NCBI GenBank assembly: GCA_965112735.1
Contig: OZ218963.1
Span: 1,488,001-1,552,000 of the forward strand
Length of the DNA: 64,000 nt
Source of the DNA: Phaeosaccion multiseriatum
Taxonomy: Eukaryota > Protista > Ochrophyta, other classes
Direction of reading: 5' to 3'
A model generated the notes under the pieces. That model saw only the letters and a program-made list of their open reading frames with translations. It did no database searches and was not told the DNA's origin. Shown here piece after piece: positions 24,654-38,200 of the stretch (positions within the stretch are counted from its first letter, which is position 1; the number at the start of each line of letters is the position of its first letter). The position numbers and the translations under genes are program-made.

Positions 24654-25422
24654 TTTCCCCCCCAAGGTTTTCGGAGGTTTTTCGGAGGGGGGGGAAGGAT
24701 CGACCTTAACTGACAGGCATGTAAGAAGGCATCCTTTTGCTAGGCTGGCAGCTACCCCCGTGAATATTCAGTGGATCATCTTCAGCGCTGGAAAAACGCC
24801 CTCAAAACGAAAATTGAAATGGCCACTCCGGGGCGTCCTCACCACCTCCGGTACCTGGATCGATGTACTTTCAAGCATGCAGAAACGCCCTGCGGCAAGA
24901 AGACAAGAGTGACACTGACTATCGCACCCAGTGGAACCAGTCCAGGAAGGAGCAGAAGCGCTATGGCAGCGTGTGCTCTAGCTAAGGAGCAGCCACGTCC
25001 AAGAGACGGAGGATGAACTTCTTGCGGAACGAATGGAACAGGCCAACATCAAGACGCCGCCGGCAAAGAGGAGCGAGATACGGCATCGGTGGGCTTCGCT
25101 GGTGAAGGGGTCCAAGTGCGTATTACTCTCCCAAGGGTGTATCAGAGTCCGCGCGCAGCAAAGAAGAGGAAGCTCCGAGACGGCGATTGGGGGAAGGAGG
25201 GTCCAGCTGAGGATACGGCCGGCATGCTCTTCACAGAGGCCGCAAAGAAAAGCAGAGAAGCTGCGGAGGCGAGGGAGAGGCAAGAGGCAGCAAGCAAGAA
25301 AGCAGAGGGTCTTGCGGAGAAGCGCACAGGCCCTAAAACGGCGAGGAATGCAGCCTCAGAAGCGGAGCAGGGGGTGACGCAGCAGCACAGCAGCAGGAGC
25401 AAAGCCTTTCTTCTGCGACCAG

Positions 25423-26179
25423 GTGGAGTACTACGAGGGCGACGCCGAGCTTGCTGCGCTTCACTACGAGCTGTGCACCTACAAGGCGGCTTGTGTGAAG
25501 GGAGCCTGTGACGACTGCAAGGCCGGCGTGAAGGGTATCCCCCATTGTGAGTACAGCGACGGAAACTACACGCACACGGTGCAGGTGAAAGAGTGGGCGC
25601 CAGTGGTGACAGCAGAAGGGAAGAAGCACGACCGGCAGAACGTGCTTGTGGAGATGACTGTGGCCGAGCTCTTTGGGAGGGCCGAGCTGTGCCTCCGGCA
25701 GAAGTACATCCAGCATCATGTCGCGACGAAGGTGCAGAGGCTTACTGCCGAGGTGAGTCTGAAGCGACTCAAGCCCCATCAGATCATAATGGGGATGGAC
25801 TTTTCGGAGAAGCATAAGCTCAGCGGTACGTCAGAGCAAGAGGGGCGCTCACTTCTCTACCCTCCCGTCCTCCCCCCACCCTTCCTCCCTCCTCTCCCCC
25901 CTCCCCTGCTCCCTCCTTTCCCTTCCTAATGTATTCGTGTGTTTCTCTCCTGCTCTCGCTTTCATCAGGCGCGTTCTCTGTGACCTGTGGCACATGTCCG
26001 TACGCGACGCTCATGATTTGCTACGTGCACTGCAACCCCAGGATGTGGGGGGGGAAGCCCGTCCATGACGTGCACGCTCAGATTTTCATCTCCGACGACT
26101 CCCTTCAAGACCAAGCCTTCCATGAGCACTGCTCCAGCCTCATGCATCAGGAGTACAAGGGATACTTCGAAAAGCACGG
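25423..26179 (+). pseudogene. Probable DDE transposase remnant (DF[AS]EN-type motif, Sola-like)
   Basis: Cys cluster CVKGACDDC, then YIQHH, IMGMDFSEK and downstream IFISDDSLQD. Pattern recalled from eukaryotic DDE transposases. Truncated by H2. Confidence 0.4.
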
Positions 26180-26755
26180 TGTTAGAAGTCGTGCTTTTGC
26201 TAGACTGGTACCTACCCTCTGAATTCAGACCGGGAGGTACCAGTCTAGCAAAAGCACGACTTCTAACAAGCCCATTGCTAGAAGACGAACCCCCCCCCCC
26301 CCCCGCACATAGTGGAGAGAAGTAACTCGCAGTCTGGGAATCAGACTAATGGGTCAGCAAGCCAGCAAGCCGGTACCAGTTTTCGCCGAAAAACACGCTT
26401 TTTTCACAAGCTACAGCCAGGGTTCGAACTCGCAATTGCCTTGTTAGAAGTCGTGCTTTTGCTAGACTGTGTAGCCTTTCTGAAGGCAATACAATTGCGC
26501 AATACTAATCTAAGTGGGTAGTGTAGCCTTTCTGAAGGCAATAAAGATTTCTCCCACTCTCGGGTTCGATTCTCATCTGAGCTCTCTCTGCTACTATTTT
26601 CCTGTGGACTTGAGGTACTCATAGGACTTCTATATATTTTCCTGTGGACTTGGTGTACCCATAGGACTTCTACATCTTCTTGGATGGGTATCGATACCCT
26701 TGAATGGGCGATATTTTTATTGCCTTCAGAAAGGCTACAACTGGGACCTACCCTC
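26180..26755. mobile_element. H2 hairpin-capped element, copy 1 (right hairpin interrupted by H3)
   Basis: 89-bp TGTTAGAAG..CTTCTAACA palindrome at 26180-26268; internal Y 26269-26441; second hairpin from 26442. Confidence 0.85.
26470..26739. mobile_element. H3 element inserted into the H2 hairpin
   Basis: TGTAGCC..GGCTACA ends; TSD ACTG; internal Z with GGTTCGATTC. Confidence 0.85.
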
Positions 26756-27109
26756 AAGGAAAATATTTTGACCGAGCATTTTCCTTCATCCCAAATGGCC
26801 TCTTCTCGTCCCCCGTTACCCGTACAACTTTCTATACCGACTAAGGACATCTTGATCTTTCATTTTGTACGAGAGATGCATGGGTCATCTCCGACGGGAT
26901 CACCTGCTTTTGGGCCTCCAAAGTTTAAGACCCACTTTAGTGGGTCTTGTAGACCCACTTTTGTGGGTCTTCAATTTGGTTTAGGGATATAGCGCTCCCT
27001 CACTTTCTTCATGAGAGATTGTGCCTTCTCCAACTCTGTCCAGGCTGCCAATTCCTCTGTCAATACCTCCAGTTCTTTCGCGTAAGCAGCTAACTGCCGC
27101 TCCGATTCG

Positions 27110-27326
27110 TGTTGCCTTTATATGCGCAATACTAATCTAAGTGGGTAGTGTAGCCTATATAAAGGCAACAAAAATCTCTACCACTCTCGGGTTCAATTCC
27201 CATCTGAGCATTCTAAGCTACTATTTTCCTGTGGACTTGAGGCAACCATAGGACTTCAACAACTTCTTGGATGGGTATCGATACCCTTGAATGGGCGATA
27301 TTTTTGTTGCCTTTATGTAGGCTACA
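27110..27326. mobile_element. H3 element (partly deleted)
   Basis: TGTTGCC..GGCTACA ends; TSD TTCG. Confidence 0.85.
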
Positions 27327-27435
27327 TTCGCTTTCATTGTCAGGAACGGCTGTCTCTCCAACCGTTCCTTCTTTCAGCTCGGAAGAGAAGGTTTGCACCT
27401 TTGACTTGTAGCTCAAACAAATCAGAGAGCTGCTG

Positions 27436-27813
27436 TGTTAGAAGTCGTGCTTTTGCTAGACTGGTACCTCCCGGTCTGAATTAGACTGGTACCTACCCTC
27501 TGAATTCAGACCGGGAGGTACCAGTCTAGCAAAAGCACGAGTTCTAACAAGCCCATTGCTAGAAGTCGACCCCCCCCCCCCCCACCGCACATAGTGGAGA
27601 GAAGTAATTCGCAGTCTGGGAATCAGACTAATGGGTCAGCAAGCCAGCAAGCCGGTACCAGTTTTCGCCGAAAAACACGCTTTTCTCACAAGCTACAGCC
27701 AGGGTTCGAACTCGCAATGGCCTTGTTAGAAGTCGTGCTTTTGCTAGACTGGTACCTACCCTCTGAATTCAGACCGGGTAGGTACCAGTCTAGCAAAAGC
27801 ACGACTTCTAACA
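27436..27813. mobile_element. H2 element, copy 2 (hairpin-Y-hairpin)
   Basis: Hairpins at 27436-27549 (internally duplicated) and 27724-27813 flank Y. Confidence 0.88.
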
Positions 27814-27962
27814 CCGTGCTTTTCGAAGTATCCCTTGTACTCCTGATGCATGAGGCTGGAGCAGTGCTCATGGAAGGCTTGGTCTTGAAGGGAGTCCCCG
27901 GAGAGGAGAGGAGACCTCCAAGTTTTTGACGCTTCTTCAAGCAAGGAGGACACAGGGCTTTA

Positions 27963-28770
<808 letters not shown>

Positions 28771-29437
28771 GGGAAAGGGTGGAGCGCCGCTTAAAAAAGA
28801 GTTTGTACAACGTTACGGATACGAGAAGTTGGGATGGCTGGCACTCCATCTCACCTTTTCTTCCCCTCCCTTCTTGTGTAATTCTAAACTTCGGTAAAGC
28901 TCTCGAGCCAACGAAGGTGCCCACAACGCTCTCTTCCCTTGCTCGCGCTCCTAAGTGCCCACAACTCGCTTCCCTTCCTCCCCCTCTCAATTCAGGTCCT
29001 AAAAAGTGTAGCTACGTATGTTACGCTTTGTATCTTTGCGCGACTACACGCTGATTGTGGCCGATGAAAGCCATACCCATTTTATATATGAATACATGGA
29101 CGCAATGGTGAGTAGCAAGACGTGTGGTAGATTGTCCTGCCTGAGGGTTTCCGGTCACACATTCTGGGGTATAATAAGAATGTCGGTTTCCTAGGCACGC
29201 CCCGAGGGGGATCAACGGCTCTGGCGTTTCACCCTCCTCTTCGTGGGCACAAGCTTTGCATCAGCAAGTAGTAGAGATATATTATCAATACGGACACTGA
29301 CGCCCCACCATAGGCGCAGCATATACTTAGTCCAAACCCCGCAACGTTTCTACTATCTTAGCTTAGCACAGAACTAGTTCTCGCTTTAGAAAAGCTTTGG
29401 AGAAGGATTTTCTCGGACCGATTGGAGGAGCGGCATC

Positions 29438-31968
29438 ATGGCGGTTCAAGGCATCATCATGAGGGACCCAACCCATTATCCGGAGATACGGACGCCTCTA
29501 TCTGCGGAAGTCGTCAGCGAGTTCTTACTGCAGTACGATCAGTCCGCGCTCAGGGATAGGGACAAGCCGCTGGATATCCCCAGCATGGTGCAGCTCATCG
29601 ACCCAGCCCATCGTTTTGGAATAGCCATCGCCAATCAAGTGTCGGAGGCTCAGCTCACGTCCAAGATGGTACGGGATTACTTGGAGAGGTGGTTGAAGAA
29701 GAATCGCAGGGAGGACGTCAACGGAAATGCCACTCTCAACGAGATAATCAGGAAGACGGTACTCGTGTATGATCCGGACCCTCTCCAATTCAAGCACAAT
29801 CTTCAGTACATGTGCCAGCAATACCTTCGCATGATCCACGAGTCAGCAGCAAGGAAGGAGTACCTGAACTTGAACCCCACCGATACGAATTTCCTTGGTC
29901 CGAACGGAAAGCACGCTGCCAAAGGGATGCAGCGAGGCTTACTCACCATCATCATGCATGGAGAAAATGCTGGTGGACGCGTTCAAAGATGGACAGAAGG
30001 ACTGGGGAGAGCATCACGGGGAGTGGATGGAGAAATTCGTCAGACACTTGTGCCAGTGGGCCACCATGAGAGCGGCAGCACGGCGTATCGGCGGTAAGGC
30101 CGAACATTTCCTTCCCGGACTCAAGGGTGACCAAGGGGCATCTGGAGGCGGCGGGGGAGGCGGTGGTGGGCAAGGCAAAGGTGCAGGCGGCAAGCGCAAG
30201 TGGCAGCAGGAGCAGCAGCCAAAGCGTACGGGTGCAGAGACCTCCTCGAAGGAGACAGCAGCGGGCAAAGAGACAGCCAGCAACCCATTGAAGAAGGCCC
30301 GTACTCCGAAGTGCTGGGCCTGCGACAAGCCGCATCGGATTGACGACTGCCCTACAACCACTGCCGAAGACAAGAAACGCATCAAGGCAGAGAAACAGAA
30401 GGCATGGGAGCAGAGGAAGGCTGAGGCGAAGAAACCGGGGGTTACGTCCGTCTCATCTTCGGCTGCGGCAGGTTTTTCTTTGCCAGGGCCAGTTGCTATG
30501 GACCTCACGGGAGACCGCATGAGCGTGGTTCTCGTGAATGACACGACTCCGGAGGTGCGGATGTCGGCGCAAGCCCTGTTTGACAGCGGATGCGATGTGG
30601 GTATGGTCATGGGTGGTGACCTGGCTCGCACGTGGGTCGGAAAGGGTGGTGGCGTACTAGAGGCCTGTGAGCCTTCGGAGTGCGTCACTGCTGCTGGACC
30701 TGTGACTGCCAACGAAGTGTTGTGCGGCAGTCACCTTGAGATAGAGCTGAGTCATGGAAGCGTGAGTACAGCGCAGCTGGACAAGGAGTTCAGATCCATG
30801 TTGGTTCTTGAGAGCTTGGGCAGCAGACTGATTCTGGGCCGGCCTTTGCATAAGGCACTGGGCTTGGAGTCTTTGACTGAGCAGTTGCACAGAGTGCACG
30901 AGAAACGGTCGGAGGAGACCCTGCAGAGGGAGCGTGACGACGCTTCCCCTGCGACAGGGGCTGCCCCGACTAAGCAGCAGAGTGTTGAGAAGAGCGTGTG
31001 TTCTATGGGCGTTGAGACCATCCAAGACTATGCTGATTTTGAGGCAAGCAACTTCCCCGTGCAAGTATTGGGGGTAGGAGCGCAGGAGGTTGCGGCCGAG
31101 AGCCCCCCTCCTGTCGCCAGTGCAGAGGCACCAGAGGTTAGCGCCATTGGCGGCCAACCGCTTAATAGTAAAGACCGTGAAGAGTGTGAAGGTGTACCGG
31201 ATACTATTCAAGGGCCATCAGAGGGAGTTCCCCCTTCTGAGGCACGCCGTAGAGAGGTGCTAGGTCCCATTGTGGACAAAGCAATCACTGATCATGATTT
31301 CCCTGCGGAGCTGAGAGAGCCAATGATGGAAGCTCTCTTAGAGTTCGACGTGTGGCGGGAAGAGTTGCTCTTTAGCGACGGCCCCGCTAACGTAGAGCCA
31401 ATGGAGGTGACGTTTACCAATAAGGTACCGAGCTCCCGTCTCCCCATAAGGCAACAAGGCGCAAAGGGTGCTTTTGTAAATGACTTTTGCAACAAGTTGA
31501 TAGACAAAGGCCTGGGTTATAGCAACCCGCAGAGCGCTCATGGCAGCCCGGCGTTTGCAGTGGGCAAACCCGGCAAGCCAGGCAAGTACCGTATCGTCTG
31601 CGACTTTCGCGAAGTCAATGAAAAGGTACAGAAGGTCGATTTTGGGATGATGAACATTGAAGACGCCGTAGCCTCCATGTTGGGTTGCCTATGGTTCATC
31701 GAGATAGATGGGGTTGACATGTATTGGCAATTCCCACTAGGCAAGTTGAGCCAAGTTGCTCACACCTATATATTCCCAAATGGCAAAGTGACGCCAACTC
31801 GAGTACCCCAGGGGGCTAAGAACTCGGGCACTTACGTCCAAGGCCAGATGACCCACCTCTTTCGCAAAGAGTTGTGCAAGACCCACGCCGTCTACATTGA
31901 CAACGTAGCGTACTGGGCAAAGGTGGGAGAGGAGATGGTGAGTCTCACTCGACTGACGATGAAGCGCC
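29438..31968 (+). pseudogene. gag-pol: A2 gag-PR-RT 5' half
   Basis: Colinear with A1 530-3076; YIDN at 31893-31904. Confidence 0.9.
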
Positions 31969-32202
31969 TGTCGAAACTACCGACAGCTAGCCTCAAAGCC
32001 AAGCTAGAGCAGAGCAGAAGCTGAAGCAAGCACCCGGAAGCCAGCCCACACGCAGGCTGCGCTTCCTTTCTTTTATTACTGATTTACCGTCTAGTTGGCC
32101 CGTTTTCCGGCCGTTACACTACTGATTGGGTCCCCAAGGGACCCCAACTAGGCCACTTCTAACATCCCCCTCACTACACCCCCGCCTCTTCCGCCAGCTC
32201 CC

Positions 32203-35200
32203 TCAGAAGCCGAGATGCGAGCGATAGAATTGCGTCTCGTGCGCCAGCCCGCTGCCCCACTTCTCATGTTGCCGCAGACGGATCGTGCTTTCCCGTTTAG
32301 ACCTATGCCCTCTTTTGACATTCACTCCTGGATCAAGGGCAGTGTGCGGGAGGGCGTTCTCGAACGCCTCTATGGCCTTGGCGTGTCCCCGCTCCAGTAA
32401 CCACTCAGCCCATTCCCAGGTCTGGAAAGTGCCGCCGTCCGACACCGCCCACCGCACGTTATACTCTCGCCGCAGTGGCAGCCCCGTGGCTTTGCGCCAG
32501 CGGAACTTCACAATCCTCGCCAGCGTGGGCACTTTCCCTTCACTCACCTCGTCCAGCTCTAAGCTACGCTGCTCCTGCATTGCGCTGGTAGCCCACTGAG
32601 GAGAGCACCAACGGATATGATACCTGGCGAATCCTTCCGGGAGACCGAAGGGTCGCTCGCTCACCCCATCGATGAACGGCTTCGTCAAGTCTCTGTGGTA
32701 CGCCCGTTGCAGCTGCTCCACACCATTGCCGCGCACCCGTTTCATAGACAGATACACTGCGCTGCGCTGCATGACCTGGTAGTGCTCTTCACTCACCCGC
32801 CCATGCTGAGCACAGTAGGCCCCCAGAGCTGGCCAAGGCAAGACTGTATAAGGACCATCCCACGAGTGCTGCAGAGCCTTGAGTTGCGCTGACGGGGGCC
32901 CTTCGAGTTCTTCCCCTTCTTGCTGGGCGGCGGCACCAGGACGATACAACATCACCTTGGTTCCGGGTCGCAGGGGCGTCGGCCAACGGCGTGAGGCGTT
33001 CTTCAGCTGCAATCTCCCGTGGTAGTCGCAGCGCCTCCCATTGACCACCGCCGCAGCCGCAGCCAGACGTGCCCGCAGTTCGTGGACCCATGCCGAGGCA
33101 GACGAAAACGACCCGTCCTCCACTAGCGCCGGAAGCATCGCCTGTAGAGGCACCGGGGGGTGCCGACCGAACAAGGCGTAGAATGGCGCCATCCCCGTGC
33201 TCTCCTGCGAGCGGCAGTTGTACGCATAGGTGAGCCCGGCGACGTAATCTGGCCACTGCTGCATCTGTGACTCCACGGTCGTCGCCAACATGTCCTTGAT
33301 CGTGGCCATGAAGCGCTCCACCTGCCCATTGGCCTGTTGGTGCATCGGCGTCGTGAACACTTGCGACGCCGATAGAACTCGCATCACATCGCCCATGAGC
33401 GCACTGGTGAACTGCGAGCCTTGATCACTCACCAGCACTCGGGGCACACCCAGGGTGGTGACGACATGCCGCACGAAGGCCCGAGCAATACCTTCCGCCG
33501 TATAGTCCTGTGCCCTCAAAGGCACCACCACTGTCCACTTCGTGAACCAATCCTGAAACACCAAGAGGTACTCCTCACCGCCCATGCCCATAGGAAAGGG
33601 GCCAGCCACATCAGCGCCCATGACCGCCCAAGGTCCATCCACCTTGGAAATGGACGACAGCGGCACAGGCTTTGGCTGCCGGCGAGGAGTCTTGCGTGTC
33701 TGGCACGCCAGACAGGAGCGGGCCCAATACAGCGCATGTGCATTCATCTTCTCCCACCATACGCGCTCTTGCAGCGCGTCTAGCATACGTCCCGGGCCTT
33801 GGTGCCCACCTGCGATGGCATCGGTGTGGGCGGCATGCAGCAAGGCTGGCCGCATCTCCTTGGGCACACATACTTGTAGCCGAGTGTGCCGCACCCGCCA
33901 CCGAAAGCCCCCAGGAGCCCACTTACGCATCAAGAGCCCGTCCTCATCCACAAAGAACTCACCCCCACCTGCATCCACCACGCCGCCGGTGGGCCCAGCC
34001 TGAACACGGCGACGGAGTGCTTCCAGCTCCGCATCAGCCCGCTGCGCACGCACCCACCACGCGGCCTCGACATGCAGACTGCCACCCAAAGCTCCAGCCG
34101 CTCGTCTGTGCGCCGCGGCAGCAGGCACCGTGCCTGGTAGAGACCACCCAAACTGTCGCTCTGCCTCTCGTCGATGCCCATCAAGCTCGCGCTGCAAGGT
34201 GGACTCCTGCTCCACCGGCTCCTTGGAAACTGAATCCACTGCCTCCTCAGCTTCATTATCCACTGCATCCGCAGCTTCATCACCTGCATCCCCCGCTTCT
34301 TCCGTGACCAGTAGATCTGCCGTACCAGGCTCCGACGGCGACTCCGCAGCAGGCGGCTCCCCAGGGTGGGTGATGCGGCCCTCCTCCGTAACAAGCTCCT
34401 CCGAGGGCAGACGAGACGCATCCTCCTCAAGCTCGGCCTCCCATGCAGCCCACGCATGAGCGGCCGCGGCACCCGTTTGCTGAGCCTCCGCTGGTGTGCA
34501 CATCGAGAAGTAGTCACGCGACACCTGACGGACTTGCTTCCATGGCAACTCGATCATGGTATCTAGATGACTGGCCAACGCGCCCACCACCTTCCGCTGG
34601 CGCTTATATGTCCGCGTGAACCGCTCCACCATCTGCATCATTGTCTCCCACGAGCACTGCAGTTTGAATTGCAGTTTGGCCAGGTCGAATACCTCCAACG
34701 TCTTGGAGTGGACACCAAAGATGTAGAGCGGTGACACGTGGTCGCGATCGCCCCAATAACCAACCGCGGCCTGCATGAACCTGCCGACTTGCATCTCCTC
34801 CTGCTCCGCAGGGGTGTGAGCAGGGCTCATCGCGCTAAGCTCCACCCCCGGGCCACCATGGACGAACGGCACACACTCCGCCATGCGAGGCCAGAGGCGG
34901 AGGAGCGCCGCAGCGTCAGCAAACGCGTACTCCCGTTGAGCGGCGGACAGCGGCCGCTTCGTCCAATCGGTGGCCCGCTCCTCCTTGCTAAGGTGTTGCT
35001 CCAAGAACATGCTGACAAGGTCCTGGAGTCCGATGAACTGAGTATGTTCGGGGCACACGCGCTTAAAGAGGTCACTGGTGTCCACCAAGTTGACGATGTG
35101 CTGGACATGCTCCGCGAGCTCCGGCCATCGGCCCAGGGCACGTTGGTCGTGACTCCAGTGGTGAGCCAGCTTCACAATCGAGGGTTCGGTCCACAGGTCC

Positions 35201-38200
35201 CGCAACACTTGCGCCAGTACCATCATACCCCCCGCCTTCTGAAGCGCGTCTAGATCAATCAAGAGCCCATAGTCACGCGCCACATCCGGCAGCGGCCCAA
35301 CCTGCACGGCCAATTGCAGCAGCGACGCGCGCCGTCGGTGACGCGCCCACTCCGAATCCATAGCGACCACTTTGGCTGAGCGCAACTGAGTCGATAGAGC
35401 CTGCACGTGCCTCGGCGTAGACACGTACGTGCACCTCGCTGCGGAAATGTGACTCACAAATGGCGGCATCTGACCCAGCTGCCAGGCCTCTATCACAGCC
35501 TTCTTCACACCCAGCTGGGGTGCTCGCGTAGGCTGCCATCCACATTGCTGAAGACGCTGTGTCCAAGCACGCCGAGCAGTACCCCTGCGTGACTGCGTCG
35601 CCGCCAAGTCCACCTCTGCAGTCTGCCAGGCTTGTAGGGCCTCCGCTCCGCTCTGCTGCTGGTGGTGGCACCGTTGCTGCTGTTGCTGGGCCGTCACGGC
35701 AGGCACAGGAATAGGAAGGCGTGTGTCGGCTTCGCCCTGCAGCTGTTGCGCCACTGCGAGAAAGCGAAGCAGTGCGCCCTCCGTGGGCTCCTCCCAATGA
35801 AGGCTGCACTCGTCCCCTACCATCTCCACCAGGTTCAACTGCACCCCCATCGAAGCACACCAGGTGTGCAAGGGCGACGGCCACTCGCACGCAACCATGG
35901 CCAAGTCTACCCCCGCATGCGTCTCCCACTCCTGCACCGGAAGCGCGTTGCGAGAGAGGCAGTCAGGCACCACCATTTGCTTCCCGGGACGATGCACAAA
36001 CTGCAAGTGGTGCGTAGAGAGCCGCTCGTACCATCTGAACAGCTTGGAATTGGTATCCTTGTGCCCAGCCAACCACAACAAGGGCTGATGGTCCGTCACC
36101 ACTGTGGTGGGGTAGTGGCAGATGTACATGGCCAGTTTGCGCACACACCACACCACTGCCAGCAGCTCCAGCTCCGTGCTGCTCAGTCGCGCCTCCGTCT
36201 CCGTGGTAGCCCGACTGATGAACGTCACCACACGCTCCTCCCCGGTCGCATCTTTCTGAGAGAGCACTCCTGCTAACCCTTCCGTCGAGGCATCGGTACT
36301 CAGGGTGAAAGTCGTCGCTGGCCCGTACTCCGGAAAAGCCAGTGCAGGGGAAGACAACAAGTCGGCAACGAGTCCATCCCAAGCTGCATCGTGCGAGGCA
36401 TTCCAGGCGGTGCTCACGTCGACGCCCTTACGCAGCAGCCCATTGAGGGGCCGCACTTTGCGCGCAAACTCCGGAATGAAACGGCGAAAGTAGCTGAGCA
36501 TGCCAATGAAACGCCGCACCTGCTTAACTCGATTGACGCCGCCATCCTTCGCAAGCAACCTCAACGGCTTGACCAGCTCTTGCACCGCCGCATGCTTGGC
36601 CGGGTCTGTGCGCACCCCATTCTGATCCAGCAAATGCCCGCAGAACCGCACCTCCGGTGCACCCAATACAGCCTTACTCGGCTCCAACTTGAGCTTGTGC
36701 TCCACCAACCGCGCAAGCACAGCATCCAAATGCTCCAGATGCTGCTCAACCGTAGCCGAAAACACAGCAATATCGTCCACAAAGCATGCCACATGCTCCT
36801 GAAGCCCCTTGAGCACCTTGTTCATAAGCCGCACAAAGACTGCAGGCGCATTCTTCGCGCCCTGCGGCATCACTCGCCAAGCGTAAGTTCCACTGTGGCA
36901 CACAAAGGTGGATATGTCCTCTTCCGCTGCTGATGCCATCGGCACATTGAAGTAGCCCGACATGATGTCCATCACCGAGAACACCTTGGAGCCATGCATC
37001 TCTGCCAGCAGATCATCAATCACCGGCATCGCAGGGGCCTCCGTGCGACACGCATCATTCAGCTGAGACAAGTCACACGTCATACGTACCACAGGCGTCC
37101 CATCCTCATGACACTTGGTTTTGCCAGCTGCGTCCGTCTTCAAGACCGCCATCAGCGGAGTAGCCCAGCTGGAAGTGCTGGGGCGAATGATGGCAGCCGC
37201 GAGAAGCTTGTCAATCTCAATCTCAATCCCCCGCCGCAAATGTGGAGGATACCGTCGAGCGGAGCTCCGAATGGGCTGCTGATTCGCATCCTTCAGTCCC
37301 CACTCAAAGAAGAGAGTATCCGTCCGACCGTAGTCACCAGGCCTCTGACAGAATGCTTGCGACCGAGCGCGAAGGATCGCCACCAGTCCCCAGCGTTGCA
37401 CCTCCGTCCAGGCACCGTCGCCAATCGTGATAGCGTGCAGGGGCGACGGTAGCTCCCTGAGCCAGAACTGAGCCCTCTCCGTAGTGAGCTTGGCACGGCG
37501 CCGCTGCTCCACCACAAGCTCTCCTGCATCCCACGACTCCACTCCCCCACCAAGACAGCGACTCTCCTGCAGCACCGTTCGCAATTGGATGAGGAGCAGC
37601 AGCGCATTGGTCATATCCTGCTCCACCTTCTCCTGCTGCTGTAATGGGCGACTAGACCACAACGACAAGAGCTGTTGGGCCCATGCGGCCACAGCAACGT
37701 CCCCAACGCCGCTCAGACCCGTGCCAGCGGCTTGGTGTACATGGGGGCGCAGGAGCAGTAGCGCGGTCACAGCCCCTTCCTCTGCCGCAACCAAGCACTC
37801 GCGCAGACGTCCATACACTCGCTCTGACAGGTGAGGGTACCACTCCTTGATCAACTGCACTCCTGCCATCAGAGTCCCACCGGACGTGTCACTCTGGCTA
37901 CCGAGTCGCAAGGCACCATCCGCATCCAGTACCCACCCATCACCGCGTAGGTCAGTCAATGATGTGCCCACCGCCGCCGACGATGAACCTGCCTCGGACC
38001 GTAGTGGCGGTTCCTCCGACGCCACTGACGATGCCGCCCCTGGCGCAGGCCTGCTGGTGGAATCATCAGCCCCCGCCACGTGGTGGACCTGCAGCTGGCC
38101 TGTACGAGGCGGTCGGGGCTCCTGCAACTGTGTCTGACGGCGTCGCGCTACCGCCGCCGGAGCCACCTGCTGCTGTACCGCATTGGACCGCTGAACCTGC

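Larger units (their letters stand above)
23386..24776. mobile_element. H4 hairpin-capped element as a head-to-head dimer (hairpin-X'-hairpin-X-partial hairpin)
   Basis: TGTAAG..CTTACA ~91-bp palindromes at 23386-24210 (split by G), 24390-24480 and 24720-24776. Internal 24211-24389 is the reverse complement of 24481-24719. Confidence 0.85.
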
